Shown: in pieces, positions 18,649 to 27,293 of the stretch
How the letters are laid out: every line of letters begins with the position of its first letter
Numbering within the stretch: position 1 is the stretch's first letter
Assembly: GCA_037444405.1 (NCBI GenBank)
Contig: JBBIML010000013.1
Coordinates: forward strand, 32,001 to 96,000
Direction: 5' to 3'
DNA length: 64,000 nt
From: Armatimonadota bacterium
GTDB lineage: Bacteria; Armatimonadota; Fimbriimonadia; Fimbriimonadales; GBS-DC
The notes under the pieces: model-generated
The model's database searches: none
The model's input: only the letters and a program-made list of their open reading frames with translations
What the model was told of the DNA's origin: nothing
Position numbers and translations under genes: made by a program

Positions 18649-19395
18649 CTATGGGCGGGTATAGCGGGGGAAGGGGTTCTCCTGCACGACGGCGGTCGAG
18701 GCGTAGAGCCGATCCAGCTCGGCGGGATAGCCCCCGCGCGGCACATCGCTGATGATGCGTCCCCGATCGAGCGCGACCACGCGCCGATTCGCCCGATCCA
18801 CGACCGCGCGGTTATGCGTCGCCACGATCACCGTGGTGCCGCGCAGGTTAATCTGGAGCAACAGCTGAATAATCTCCCACGAGGTTTCGGGGTCGAGGTT
18901 GGCGGTTGGCTCATCGGCTAACAGCAGGGGCGGGTTGTTGGCGAGGGCGCGGGCAATCGCGACGCGCTGTGCCTCGCCGCCCGACAGCTGATGCGGATAG
19001 GCGTTCGCCTGCGCGCTCATGCCGACCTGGTTCAGCACCTGCGCCACGCGCTGGCGCACCGCCCGCTGGGAATAGCCGATCGCGCACAAGCCGTAGGCGA
19101 TGTTCTCCCACACCGTTTTGCGGGGCAGCAGCGGGTAATCCTGCGGGATGATGCCCATCCGTCGGCGCAGGAAGGGGATGTCGCGCTCGCGCAGGCGGTT
19201 CACCTCCTGCCCGTCGACCAGCACGCGCCCTTCGGTCGGGCGGAGTGCGCCATAGAGCAGCTTGAGCAGGGTCGATTTGCCCGCGCCCGTCGTGCCCACC
19301 AGAAACACGAACTCGCCTGGCTCCACCTTCAGGTGGACCCGACACAGCGCGTAGCTCTCCCCATACAGCACACTTACACCCTGTAGCTCGACCAT
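18649..19395 (-). CDS. ftsE: Cell division ATP-binding protein FtsE
   Basis: GEFVFLVG..GAGKST, IPFLRR, LSGGEAQRVAIARA, ADEPTANLDPETSWEI. Confidence 0.88.
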   Translation of the reverse strand: MVELQGVSVLYGESYALCRVHLKVEPGEFVFLVGTTGAGKSTLLKLLYGALRPTEGRVLVDGQEVNRLRERDIPFLRRRMGIIPQDYPLLPRKTVWENIAYGLCAIGYSQRAVRQRVAQVLNQVGMSAQANAYPHQLSGGEAQRVAIARALANNPPLLLADEPTANLDPETSWEIIQLLLQINLRGTTVIVATHNRAVVDRANRRVVALDRGRIISDVPRGGYPAELDRLYASTAVVQENPFPRYTRP

Positions 19396-19403
19396 CGCCC
19401 TGT

Positions 19404-19464
19404 TGATATGTGGGGCACGCCACCGTGCACCTGATATGCGGGGCGCACCGCCGTGCGCCCCTAC
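19404..19464 (-). repeat. Tandem REP pair (one intact, one degenerate), 28-bp period
   Basis: GTAGGGGCGCACGGCGGTGCGCCCC begins on the rpsT stop codon; shared TGATATG-GGGGC at 19404 and 19432. Confidence 0.65.
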
Positions 19465-19745
19465 TCGCTCGCTTTTTGCTGGGTCAGCCGCTTGTTGAGC
19501 GCGAGCATCAGGCGCGACTTTTTGCGGGCGCCCGTGTTGCGGTGCAGGATGCCACGCTTGACCGCCTTATCGATGATGCTGACCGCGCGGCGCAGGGCGT
19601 TCAGCGCGCCCTCCCGATCGCCCCGCTCCGCCAGCTCCTTCACGCGCCGCGTGTAGGTCTTAATTGCCGATTTGGTGGAGCGGTTCCGCAAATAGCGCGC
19701 CCGCGACTTGCGCAGCGCCTTCTCCGCTGACTTCGTATTCGGCAT
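19461..19745 (-). CDS. rpsT: 30S ribosomal protein S20
   Basis: MPNTKSAEK..R...N...KS, IDKAVKRGILHRNTGARKKSRL. Confidence 0.97.
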   Translation of the reverse strand: MPNTKSAEKALRKSRARYLRNRSTKSAIKTYTRRVKELAERGDREGALNALRRAVSIIDKAVKRGILHRNTGARKKSRLMLALNKRLTQQKASE

Positions 19746-19795
19746 CGATTCACCTCCTTACGAAAAGACAGTCGATTATACCCACCCGTGCGACG

Positions 19796-20830
19796 CTACT
19801 CCGGGATCAGCATGCTTTTGACGGTCTGGCGGTTCTCCATCATCTGGAAGGCGGCGCGCCAGTCGCTGAGCGGGAAGATTCGGCGCAGGGGCGCGAGCAG
19901 GAGTTTGCCCGCGCTCATCAGGGTCAGTACGCGCTCCCAGGTGCCCCATGTGTGGCTGAAGCTGCCCTGCAGACGCACATTTTTGCCCACCAGCGGGTCG
20001 AGGCTGTAGCTGAGCGGTTCGGGACCCCAGCCAACTTTGGTGATCTGCCCGTCGGGTCGCACCAGTCGCAGGCACGGCTCCAGCACCGCCGAGCTGCCCA
20101 CCGCGTCGATAACCAGATCGGCGCCCATCCCGTCGCCCACGCGCCGTATGAAGCCCTCCAGATCGTCCCTGTCGGCGAGCAGGATGGCGTCCGCCCCCAC
20201 CGATTCGGCGATTCGCAGCCGCTCGCCGTCGGTGCTTAAGGCGACCAGCACCGCCATGCGCGGCGAGAAGAGCTTCGCCATCTGCAGGCACAGCAATCCA
20301 ATCGGACCGCTGCCGAACACCACGACGAGATCGCCTGGCTTGGGGCGCGAGAGCTCGATAACGGCGTGCGCGGCGACGCAGCACGGCTCGGTCAGTGCGC
20401 CGTCCTCCAACGAGAGGTTATCGGGCAGGCGGTGTAGGATTCGGGCGGGCGCGCGCACATAGCGTGCCATCGCGCCGTGCGTGCCGTAGCCGAAGCCGAG
20501 CCGTTGCGGGCAGAGGTTATAGCGTCCCGTGCGGCAATAGGCGCACTGTCCGCAGATGACCGCTGCCGTCTCGCACACCACGCGCTCGCCCACCTGCCAG
20601 CCCTCCACACCCTCACCGACGGCTTCGATCACCCCCGCGAACTCGTGCCCCAGCACCACCGGGTAGTTCACCTTCCACGAGTGCGTGCCGTGATATTGAT
20701 GGAGGTCAGAGCCGCAGACGCCGACCGCACGCACGCGCACCAGCACCTCGCCCGCACGGGGCGCAGGTTCAGCAATCTCGCGCAGCTCCACACTGCACGG
20801 CTCCGGCGCGTAGTTGACCACCGCTTTCAT
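19796..20830 (-). CDS. Zn-dependent alcohol/sugar dehydrogenase (MDR family)
   Basis: GVCGSDLH, LGHEFAG, CGQCAYCR..RYNLC, G.GPIG; start MKAVV overlaps the upstream stop. Confidence 0.92.
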   Translation of the reverse strand: MKAVVNYAPEPCSVELREIAEPAPRAGEVLVRVRAVGVCGSDLHQYHGTHSWKVNYPVVLGHEFAGVIEAVGEGVEGWQVGERVVCETAAVICGQCAYCRTGRYNLCPQRLGFGYGTHGAMARYVRAPARILHRLPDNLSLEDGALTEPCCVAAHAVIELSRPKPGDLVVVFGSGPIGLLCLQMAKLFSPRMAVLVALSTDGERLRIAESVGADAILLADRDDLEGFIRRVGDGMGADLVIDAVGSSAVLEPCLRLVRPDGQITKVGWGPEPLSYSLDPLVGKNVRLQGSFSHTWGTWERVLTLMSAGKLLLAPLRRIFPLSDWRAAFQMMENRQTVKSMLIPE

Positions 20831-21615
20831 GCCATCTGCGCCTTGAGGAACTGGGCGGCTTTCGGCAGCTCCTCCAGCGGGTCGCCCAGCACGCCGCACT
20901 CCAGCGCCATGTAGCCCGTGTAGCCAATCTGCTTGAGCGCGGCGAACCCGCTGCGGAAATCGGTATGCCCCTGACCGGGCAGCATGCGGTTGCTGTCGGC
21001 TAAATGCACATGGGCGAGCCACTCCCCTGCGGCTCGAATCGCCGCGGGGATGTCGGCTTCCTCTATCGACATGTGGAAGAAGTCCGCCATAATCCTCAGG
21101 TTCGGGTGAGCGACCTTCTGGCAGACAGCGACCGCCTGCTCCAGTCGGCGAATGAAGTGCGTCTCGTAGCGGTTGAGCGGTTCGAGCAGCAGATAGCTGC
21201 CTGCCTGCCCGGCGGTTTGCGCCAGCTCGTCCAGCAACAGGCAGAGCAGGTCGAACTCCAGCTGTTCGGGGCTGGCGAGCGGGCGCAGGTCGGGAATGCG
21301 CGGACCGCCGAAGATAGGCACCACGATCAGCCCGACCGCGCCGATGTCGGCGGCGACATAGAGCAGCTCTTTGATGTCGTGGCAGGCGCGTTCGCGCTCG
21401 CGCGGGTCGGCGTCCAGCAGGCTGCCGCGAAAGCCCGCGCACACCGTGCTGGCGCGAACGGGGCTGTTCTTGAGCGCGCTCTGCACTTCGGGCAACCGCT
21501 CCTTCAGCCCACCGCCCCAGAACTCGATGCCCTCAAAGCCCCACGCCTGCAGCCGCTCCAGCCGCTCCGCCAGGCTATTGCCCGGCACCAGCCCTTCCTG
21601 ACATGCCAGTTTCAT
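20827..21615 (-). CDS. Sugar phosphate isomerase/epimerase (AP endonuclease 2 TIM barrel)
   Basis: LEPLNRYE, DFFHM.IEE, HVHLADSNR..PGQG, ALEC. Confidence 0.92.
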   Translation of the reverse strand: MKLACQEGLVPGNSLAERLERLQAWGFEGIEFWGGGLKERLPEVQSALKNSPVRASTVCAGFRGSLLDADPRERERACHDIKELLYVAADIGAVGLIVVPIFGGPRIPDLRPLASPEQLEFDLLCLLLDELAQTAGQAGSYLLLEPLNRYETHFIRRLEQAVAVCQKVAHPNLRIMADFFHMSIEEADIPAAIRAAGEWLAHVHLADSNRMLPGQGHTDFRSGFAALKQIGYTGYMALECGVLGDPLEELPKAAQFLKAQMA

Positions 21616-21627
21616 CGTGATAGAGCG

Positions 21628-21654
21628 ATTCGTCCCGCCGTGCCCGAATCCTGC
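21628..21654 (-). promoter_or_regulatory. SigH-type promoter
   Basis: GCAGGA-N17-GAATC, 12 nt before ATG 21615. Confidence 0.65.
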
Positions 21655-21656
21655 CA

Positions 21657-21678
21657 GTAGCTTGGGCGTCTCGCCCAC
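21657..21678 (+). repeat. GTAG-family REP
   Basis: GTAGCTTGGGCGTCTCGCCCAC. Confidence 0.55.
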
Positions 21679-21702
21679 TATCATCATGGTACAATGCACT
21701 TG

Positions 21703-22122
21703 ATGAGTCGCATTCCGCGTGTGGTGGTTGCCAAAGTGGGTCTGGATGGGCACGATCGGGGCGCGAAGGTGGTGGCGCGCGCCCTGCGCGATGCAGGCTT
21801 CGAGGTCATCTACACGGGGCTGCGTCGCACGCCCGAAGAGGTGGTCGAAATCGCCCTGCAGGAAGACGCCGATGTGATTGCCGTCAGCATCCTGTCGGGT
21901 GCGCATATGACGCTCATCCCGCGCATCCTGAATCTGCTCAAGGAGCGCAACGCCGACGATATCCTCGTGATTGCGGGCGGCACCATCCCTGAAGACGATG
22001 CGGAAGCCCTCCGGCAGATGGGCGTGCGCGGGGTCTATCCGCCCGGCACGCTGATTGAGACCTTCGTCAGCGACTTGCGCCGCATGCTGGGGCTGGGCGA
22101 ACCAGCGGGCAGTGCGGTATAA
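21703..22122 (+). CDS. Methylmalonyl-CoA mutase-type cobalamin-binding small subunit
   Basis: [34 protein letters not shown]. Confidence 0.93.
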   Translation: MSRIPRVVVAKVGLDGHDRGAKVVARALRDAGFEVIYTGLRRTPEEVVEIALQEDADVIAVSILSGAHMTLIPRILNLLKERNADDILVIAGGTIPEDDAEALRQMGVRGVYPPGTLIETFVSDLRRMLGLGEPAGSAV

Positions 22123-22168
22123 TCGCCTCGGTTAGAGGGCTACAGACTACCGGACAGGAGGATCAACG

Positions 22169-23923
22169 ATGAGCGAACCGATCCGACGCAGCGCCGCGTT
22201 TCTGATAGAGAGTGCGCCTGCGGGCGCGACCTTCACGCCCGAAGATTTCGATCAGGAAGCCCGCCTAATTGCCCGAACCGCGGAGGAGTTCATCCGCAAC
22301 GAGGTACTGCCCCGCCTGCCCGAAATTGAGCAGGCGCATGAGGGGCTGATGCGCGAGCTGGATCGCAAGATGGGCGAGCTGGGCTTCATCGCCGCCGAAG
22401 TACCCACTCACTACGGCGGGTTAGACCTGCCGAAGCCGACGGTCGCCCTGCTGGTGGAGAAGCTGGGACCCGAACCGGCGACCTGCCTGACCCTGCAGGC
22501 GCATGCAGGGCTGGCGATTTTGCCCCTCGTGCTGGAGGGCACACCCGCGCAAAAGGAACGCTACCTGCCGAAGCTGGCATCGGGCGAATGGTGCGGTTCG
22601 TTTTGCCTGAGCGAGCCATCAAGCGGCTCCGACGCGCTCGCGATGCGCACCCGCGCCACACCCACACCTGACGGCAAAGGCTATCTGCTCACGGGCGAAA
22701 AGATGTGGGTCACCAATGCGGGCTTCGCCGACCTGTTCACCGTGTTCGCCAAACTGAACGGCGAGCAGTTCACCGCCTTTCTGGTGGAGCGCACCTATAA
22801 TGGGGTGAACCTCGGTCGCGAGGAGCATAAGATTGGCTTGCACGGCTCCAGCACGCGCCGCGTCGCCTTCGAGAATGTGTTTGTGCCCGCCGAGAACCTG
22901 CTGGGCGAGGTCGGCAAAGCGCACTATATCGCGCTCAACACGCTCAATCTGGGGCGCTACAAGATGGCGGCGAGCGCGCTCGGCACGGGCAAATACGCGC
23001 TGGAGCTTGCCACCCGCTACGCGCAGGAGCGCCAGCAGTTCGGTCGCCCCATCGCCAGCTTCGGGCTGATCCGCCAGAAACTAACAGATATGACCACACG
23101 CCTGTTCGCATTAGAGAGCATGCTCTATCGCACAGGCGGACTCATGCAGGAATGGTTCGAGCCGATTCATGCCCTGCCGCCCGATTATCCTGATTTGAAT
23201 CTGCGCTATCGCGCGGCGGCGTCCGAATACGCGGGCGAATGCGCCCTGCTCAAGTTCTACGGCACGGAGGTGCAATACTTCTGCGCTGACGAGGGTCTGC
23301 AGATTCACGGCGGCTACGGCTACACCGAGGATTTCCCAATAGCGAAGCTGTTCCGCGAGTCGCGCGTGCCGCGCATCTATGAGGGCACGAACGAGATCAA
23401 TCGGCTGAACCTGACCCAGCATCTGATTCGGCAGATGCAGCGGGCGGGCTTGCCGCTGCTGGAGGCGGCGCGCGAGCGCGAGGCGCGCCCTGTGGAGAGC
23501 CTGCCCGACAGCCCGCGCGAGCAGCTTGCCGCGCTGGTGGAGCAGTTCCGTCAGGCGACGCTGTTCGCGTTTCGGCTGGCGTACGAAGCGTATGGCGAGC
23601 ATCTGCGCGAGGAGCGTCAGGAGGTGGCGGCGGCAATCGCGGAGATGTGCGCCTATCTGTACGGGCTGGACAGCATCGTGGCGCGATTGCCTAAGCTGCG
23701 CGGGTCTGCGGCGGAGGCGGGTGAACTCGCGGCGGGGCTGTTCGCGCGCGAGGGCGCGTTCGCGGCGCGGGAACGGCTCGATCTGGTGCTGAACGCGCTC
23801 GGTGCGCCTGCCGACGCCTTCCGACAGGCGGAGCGCATGCTCAGCCTGCCACGCATCGACGCCGTGTCCGCCCGCAATCGCCTCGCGGAGTTCGCGCTCC
23901 AGCGCGGCGGATACCCGTTTTAG
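22169..23923 (+). CDS. Acyl-CoA dehydrogenase (long, FadE/VLCAD-like)
   Basis: FCLSEPSSGSDA, GEKMWVTN, EHKIG..GSST, RQQFG, QIHGGYG, RIYEGTNEINR. Confidence 0.93.
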   Translation: MSEPIRRSAAFLIESAPAGATFTPEDFDQEARLIARTAEEFIRNEVLPRLPEIEQAHEGLMRELDRKMGELGFIAAEVPTHYGGLDLPKPTVALLVEKLGPEPATCLTLQAHAGLAILPLVLEGTPAQKERYLPKLASGEWCGSFCLSEPSSGSDALAMRTRATPTPDGKGYLLTGEKMWVTNAGFADLFTVFAKLNGEQFTAFLVERTYNGVNLGREEHKIGLHGSSTRRVAFENVFVPAENLLGEVGKAHYIALNTLNLGRYKMAASALGTGKYALELATRYAQERQQFGRPIASFGLIRQKLTDMTTRLFALESMLYRTGGLMQEWFEPIHALPPDYPDLNLRYRAAASEYAGECALLKFYGTEVQYFCADEGLQIHGGYGYTEDFPIAKLFRESRVPRIYEGTNEINRLNLTQHLIRQMQRAGLPLLEAAREREARPVESLPDSPREQLAALVEQFRQATLFAFRLAYEAYGEHLREERQEVAAAIAEMCAYLYGLDSIVARLPKLRGSAAEAGELAAGLFAREGAFAARERLDLVLNALGAPADAFRQAERMLSLPRIDAVSARNRLAEFALQRGGYPF

Positions 23924-23929
23924 ACCCTA

Positions 23930-24529
23930 TCACTCCGTGCCCCATTCGGGCACGAGCTGCTGTTCCACTTTCAGCAGTTGCAGGGCGCGGGCGACGATGG
24001 TATCGACGGCTTCTTCCAGCGTGCGCGGGCGGTTATAGAAGGCGGGGCAGGCGGGCAGAATCGTCGCGCCCGCCTCCGCCGCCAGCAACATGTTGCGCAG
24101 ATGCACGCGATTGAACGGCGCCTCGCGCACCACCAGGATCAGCGGGCGATGCTCCTTGAGGCACACATCCGCCGCGCGGGTCATCAAATCGTCCGATGTG
24201 CCGTTCGCGATGCGTCCCAGCGTGCCCATCGAGCAGGGGATAATCACCATGCCATCGTGGCGGAAGCTGCCACTGGCGGGCGGCGCGAAGTAGTCGCGCG
24301 GCTGAAGCACCTTCAACCCGTCCCACGCCTCGCCTAACAGCGTTTCCGCGCCGAGCGTCTCGCGCGTGACGGGCAGCTCCAGCTCCGTCTGCAGCACCTG
24401 AATGCCCTGATCGGAGCAGATGAGGTAAATCTCGCGGAACTGCTGACGCGCCGCCTGCAAAAAGCGCAGGGCATAGAGCGCACCGCTCGCGCCCGTGATG
24501 CCCATCACCAGCCGACCTGTGGCTCCCAT
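23930..24529 (-). CDS. ubiX: Flavin prenyltransferase
   Basis: GITGASG, ASGS, PCSMGTL, RAADVCLKE, VREAP, PAFY. Confidence 0.93.
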   Translation of the reverse strand: MGATGRLVMGITGASGALYALRFLQAARQQFREIYLICSDQGIQVLQTELELPVTRETLGAETLLGEAWDGLKVLQPRDYFAPPASGSFRHDGMVIIPCSMGTLGRIANGTSDDLMTRAADVCLKEHRPLILVVREAPFNRVHLRNMLLAAEAGATILPACPAFYNRPRTLEEAVDTIVARALQLLKVEQQLVPEWGTE

Positions 24530-24581
24530 CCGCCCAGAGCATACCCCATTGGGTATCCTTCTTCCGCAGGGAGGCGAGCTA

Positions 24582-25376
24582 ATGGCGAAGCGTGGCGTGA
24601 TGGAGGTGTCGCTCATCTTCCCGCCCGCCGAGATCATCCAGCGGTACTATAAGGGGCTGATCTATCTGGCGGCGCGCACCTGCTACAGCGAGAAGACACC
24701 CCAGCAAATCTGGGACGAGTTCCTGTCCGATAAGGTGCCACCCGAACGGGTGCATAGCCTGCTCACGCATGTGATCGAATCGGGACACCACAGCACGATT
24801 GAGCATATCAGCTTCACCTTCGCGATTTCGGGGGTGAGCCGCGCGCTTTCGCATCAGCTGGTGCGCCACCGAATCGGCGTCGCGTTCGACCAGCAGAGCC
24901 AGCGCTATGTGAAATATAAAGAACCCCTCTATGTGACCCCACCCTCCATCGAGGCACAGCCCGAAGCGCTGCAGGAGTTCGAACGCCTGCGCGATACGAG
25001 CGAAGAGGTCTATCACCGCTTCCTGCAGATGGGCATTCCCGCCGAAGATGCCCGATTCGTGTTCCCGAACGCCGTCACCACCAACCTGATCATGACGGTG
25101 AACTTGCGCCAGCTGATGCACATGGCGGGTCTGCGCCTCTGCACGCTCGCCCAGTGGGAGATTCGGCAGCTTTTTAAGCTCATTCGCAAGGAGCTGATGG
25201 CTGCCGACCCCTACTTTGGCAGGCTGCTGGTGCCCAAGTGCGTGCCGTTAGGCTACTGCGATGAGAAGCGCAACGAGGACGAACACTGCAAGATTCGCCC
25301 GCACCGCAACTCGGTTTTCCGCGTGTGGGAGCTTTATAAACAGGGCCGACTCATCGAGAGGGGCGACGCGGAGTAA
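24582..25376 (+). CDS. thyX: FAD-dependent thymidylate synthase
   Basis: GHHSTIEH, SRALSHQLVRHR, QQSQRYV, EDARFV.P, AQWEIR. Confidence 0.95.
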   Translation: MAKRGVMEVSLIFPPAEIIQRYYKGLIYLAARTCYSEKTPQQIWDEFLSDKVPPERVHSLLTHVIESGHHSTIEHISFTFAISGVSRALSHQLVRHRIGVAFDQQSQRYVKYKEPLYVTPPSIEAQPEALQEFERLRDTSEEVYHRFLQMGIPAEDARFVFPNAVTTNLIMTVNLRQLMHMAGLRLCTLAQWEIRQLFKLIRKELMAADPYFGRLLVPKCVPLGYCDEKRNEDEHCKIRPHRNSVFRVWELYKQGRLIERGDAE

Positions 25377-25405
25377 AGGGGTATAATGGTGATGGGTGTG
25401 ATGGA

Positions 25406-25963
25406 ATGAATCTGCGAATCGCGCTGACGGACGAGTTGCTGGCGCATGCGGAGCTGGTGGCGCAGGTGTTCCTGCAGGCGATGTACACCTCCATCGGCGA
25501 GCGGATGCTGGAGGAGCTGGCGGAGTCGGAGGTTACCTACTCGCAGATGCAGGCATTGCGCTTTTTGCGCACGCATCGGCGCGTGACGGTGGGCGACCTT
25601 GCGGAGGGGCTGAACATCTCCTATCCGTCGGCGACCAACATGGTGCATCGGCTGGAGAAGAAGGGGCTGATTCGGCGCATCGCAAACCCGCGCGACCGCC
25701 GACAGGTGGGGTTGCTGCTCACCGACGAGGGACGCCAGCTGATAGAACAGATCGACCAGGAGCGGCGGCAGCGGTTCGCCCGCGTGCTGGCACAGATGGA
25801 CGAACGCGACCGCCATGCGTTCATTAACGGGCTATCGGCGTTCATTCGCGCGGGGCTGGCATCGGGCACGCTGAAGGTGGACGAAGTGTGCCTGCACTGC
25901 GGCACCGGCGCCGACCCCCTCTGCCCCCTTGTCGAACTGCACTCACCCGAGATCTGTCGGTGA
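25406..25963 (+). CDS. MarR-family regulator with C-terminal Cys motif
   Basis: wHTH VGDLAEGLNISYPSATNMVHRLEKKGLI, DRR..LT.EG; tail CLHCG....LCP. Confidence 0.88.
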   Translation: MNLRIALTDELLAHAELVAQVFLQAMYTSIGERMLEELAESEVTYSQMQALRFLRTHRRVTVGDLAEGLNISYPSATNMVHRLEKKGLIRRIANPRDRRQVGLLLTDEGRQLIEQIDQERRQRFARVLAQMDERDRHAFINGLSAFIRAGLASGTLKVDEVCLHCGTGADPLCPLVELHSPEICR

Positions 25964-25990
25964 GTTCAAGCCGAGATCGATTCATTAGAA

Positions 25991-26018
25991 GCAGGAGTCA
26001 GATCGCCTGGAAACGAAT
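25991..26018 (+). promoter_or_regulatory. SigH-type promoter
   Basis: GCAGGA-N18-GAATC followed by GGAGG RBS and GTG/ATG at 26036/26039. Confidence 0.6.
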
Positions 26019-26035
26019 CTTCTGCACGGAGGGCG

Positions 26036-26692
26036 GTGATGCCCGCGAGCTGTGTGTATGGAGGCGTCGACGAGCAGGTAGGGCGTTCACGCGATGGCGC
26101 TCTCGTTCAGCACCCACGCCTGCGCGGGGGGGGCGCCATGAGCCGCCAAACCCGACCCTTCCATGACCTCCTGCGCGACCTGCCCGAACCACTCCAGCGC
26201 GCCGTTCACCACTGCGTCGCTGCCTGCAAGCCCCACTATTGCCCCCACCCTTATGCCAGCGACTGGCTGGAAGAACTCTATCACGAAGCCGCCTGCGCTG
26301 CATACGAAGCGCTGGCAAAGTACGACCCCAGCAAGGGCGACCTGTACGAGTTTGGGGTGCTGCTGATTGGTCAGCGGTTGCGGTGGTTTTGCGATCGGGT
26401 GTGGGCGGCGGCGCGTTGCGAGTGTGAATGGCCGCGGGATGAGGAGACGGGTGAGGAGGTGGAGCTGGAGGATGGGTGTGCGGTAGTGGAGCTGGAGGCG
26501 TGTGCGTTTGAGGGTCAGGTACGCGCGGTGTTGCAGCAGCTGGGTGGTGTGGATTGGCAGGTGGGGGAATGGTATTTGCTGGAGGGTTGGAGCGAGCGGG
26601 AGATAGCCGAGCGGTTGGGCTGTTCGCAGAAAGCGGTGAACAAGCGGTTGCAGAAAATCAAGGCGTATTTGCGGCAGCAGTTGGGCGATTAG
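26036..26692 (+). CDS. Divergent sigma-70-family factor (regions 2 and 4 only); alternative start 26138
   Basis: Region-2-like EELYHEA..A.YEAL.KYDPSKG; region 4.2 HTH EGWSEREIAERLGCSQKAVNKRLQKI. Confidence 0.75.
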   Translation: MMPASCVYGGVDEQVGRSRDGALVQHPRLRGGGAMSRQTRPFHDLLRDLPEPLQRAVHHCVAACKPHYCPHPYASDWLEELYHEAACAAYEALAKYDPSKGDLYEFGVLLIGQRLRWFCDRVWAAARCECEWPRDEETGEEVELEDGCAVVELEACAFEGQVRAVLQQLGGVDWQVGEWYLLEGWSEREIAERLGCSQKAVNKRLQKIKAYLRQQLGD

Positions 26693-26831
26693 CGCAAAAA
26701 CAGCGCGGGTGGTGGTGCAGGAGATACTCAAAATTGGCAGAGGTGGCTACATGATATAATAGAGGGCGGGGATGGGAGTTGTGAGCCACCCGCCTTTGGA
26801 CAGACAACAACGATGGAGGAGGAATGAGGCG

Positions 26832-27218
26832 ATGAGACGGGAGATGATGACTCTACTCAGCATTGTTGTATTGATAACCGTCAGTTTCGCACAGTCAGAA
26901 AGACTTGTAAGCGACGATAGGGCGGTCGAGATAGTGCTTTTCTCCAGGTGCACCTGGGTGCTTGATACAGCCCAGCTCACTTGGGGATGTGATGGATCAC
27001 TATTCTGTTCGGGTAAATGCTCCGTTGGATTTCTCCCAAAGGGCAGCAGTGCTTTTCTCTGTGTCAGTGCTGCTGATTCCTTATGTGCAGGTAGTAAGGC
27101 AACAATTCTGGTTTGGAAAGTCGGGGAGGGAAGGTGCCTTCCAGACTGTTCATGCTCAGATGTGATACCTTTACCGCAACCCGAGCCAGTTGAGGTGAAT
27201 GTTTATGAGTGCCGATAG
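26832..27218 (+). CDS. Small secreted Cys-rich protein (10 Cys)
   Basis: GGAGGAGG RBS; signal peptide ending VSFA-Q; TATAAT at 26755-26760; visibly lower GC. Confidence 0.7.
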   Translation: MRREMMTLLSIVVLITVSFAQSERLVSDDRAVEIVLFSRCTWVLDTAQLTWGCDGSLFCSGKCSVGFLPKGSSAFLCVSAADSLCAGSKATILVWKVGEGRCLPDCSCSDVIPLPQPEPVEVNVYECR

Positions 27219-27293
27219 ACCAAATCTCAATTTGGCGACGGTACTGCCAGCGTTTCCTAAACTGGTTCACATACTTCAGGAGGTATGATTATC

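Noticed and set aside
19796..21442. 548-aa ORF suggesting a fusion
   Set aside because: Only the part from MKAVV (20830) is a dehydrogenase; the extension overlaps the isomerase gene in another frame
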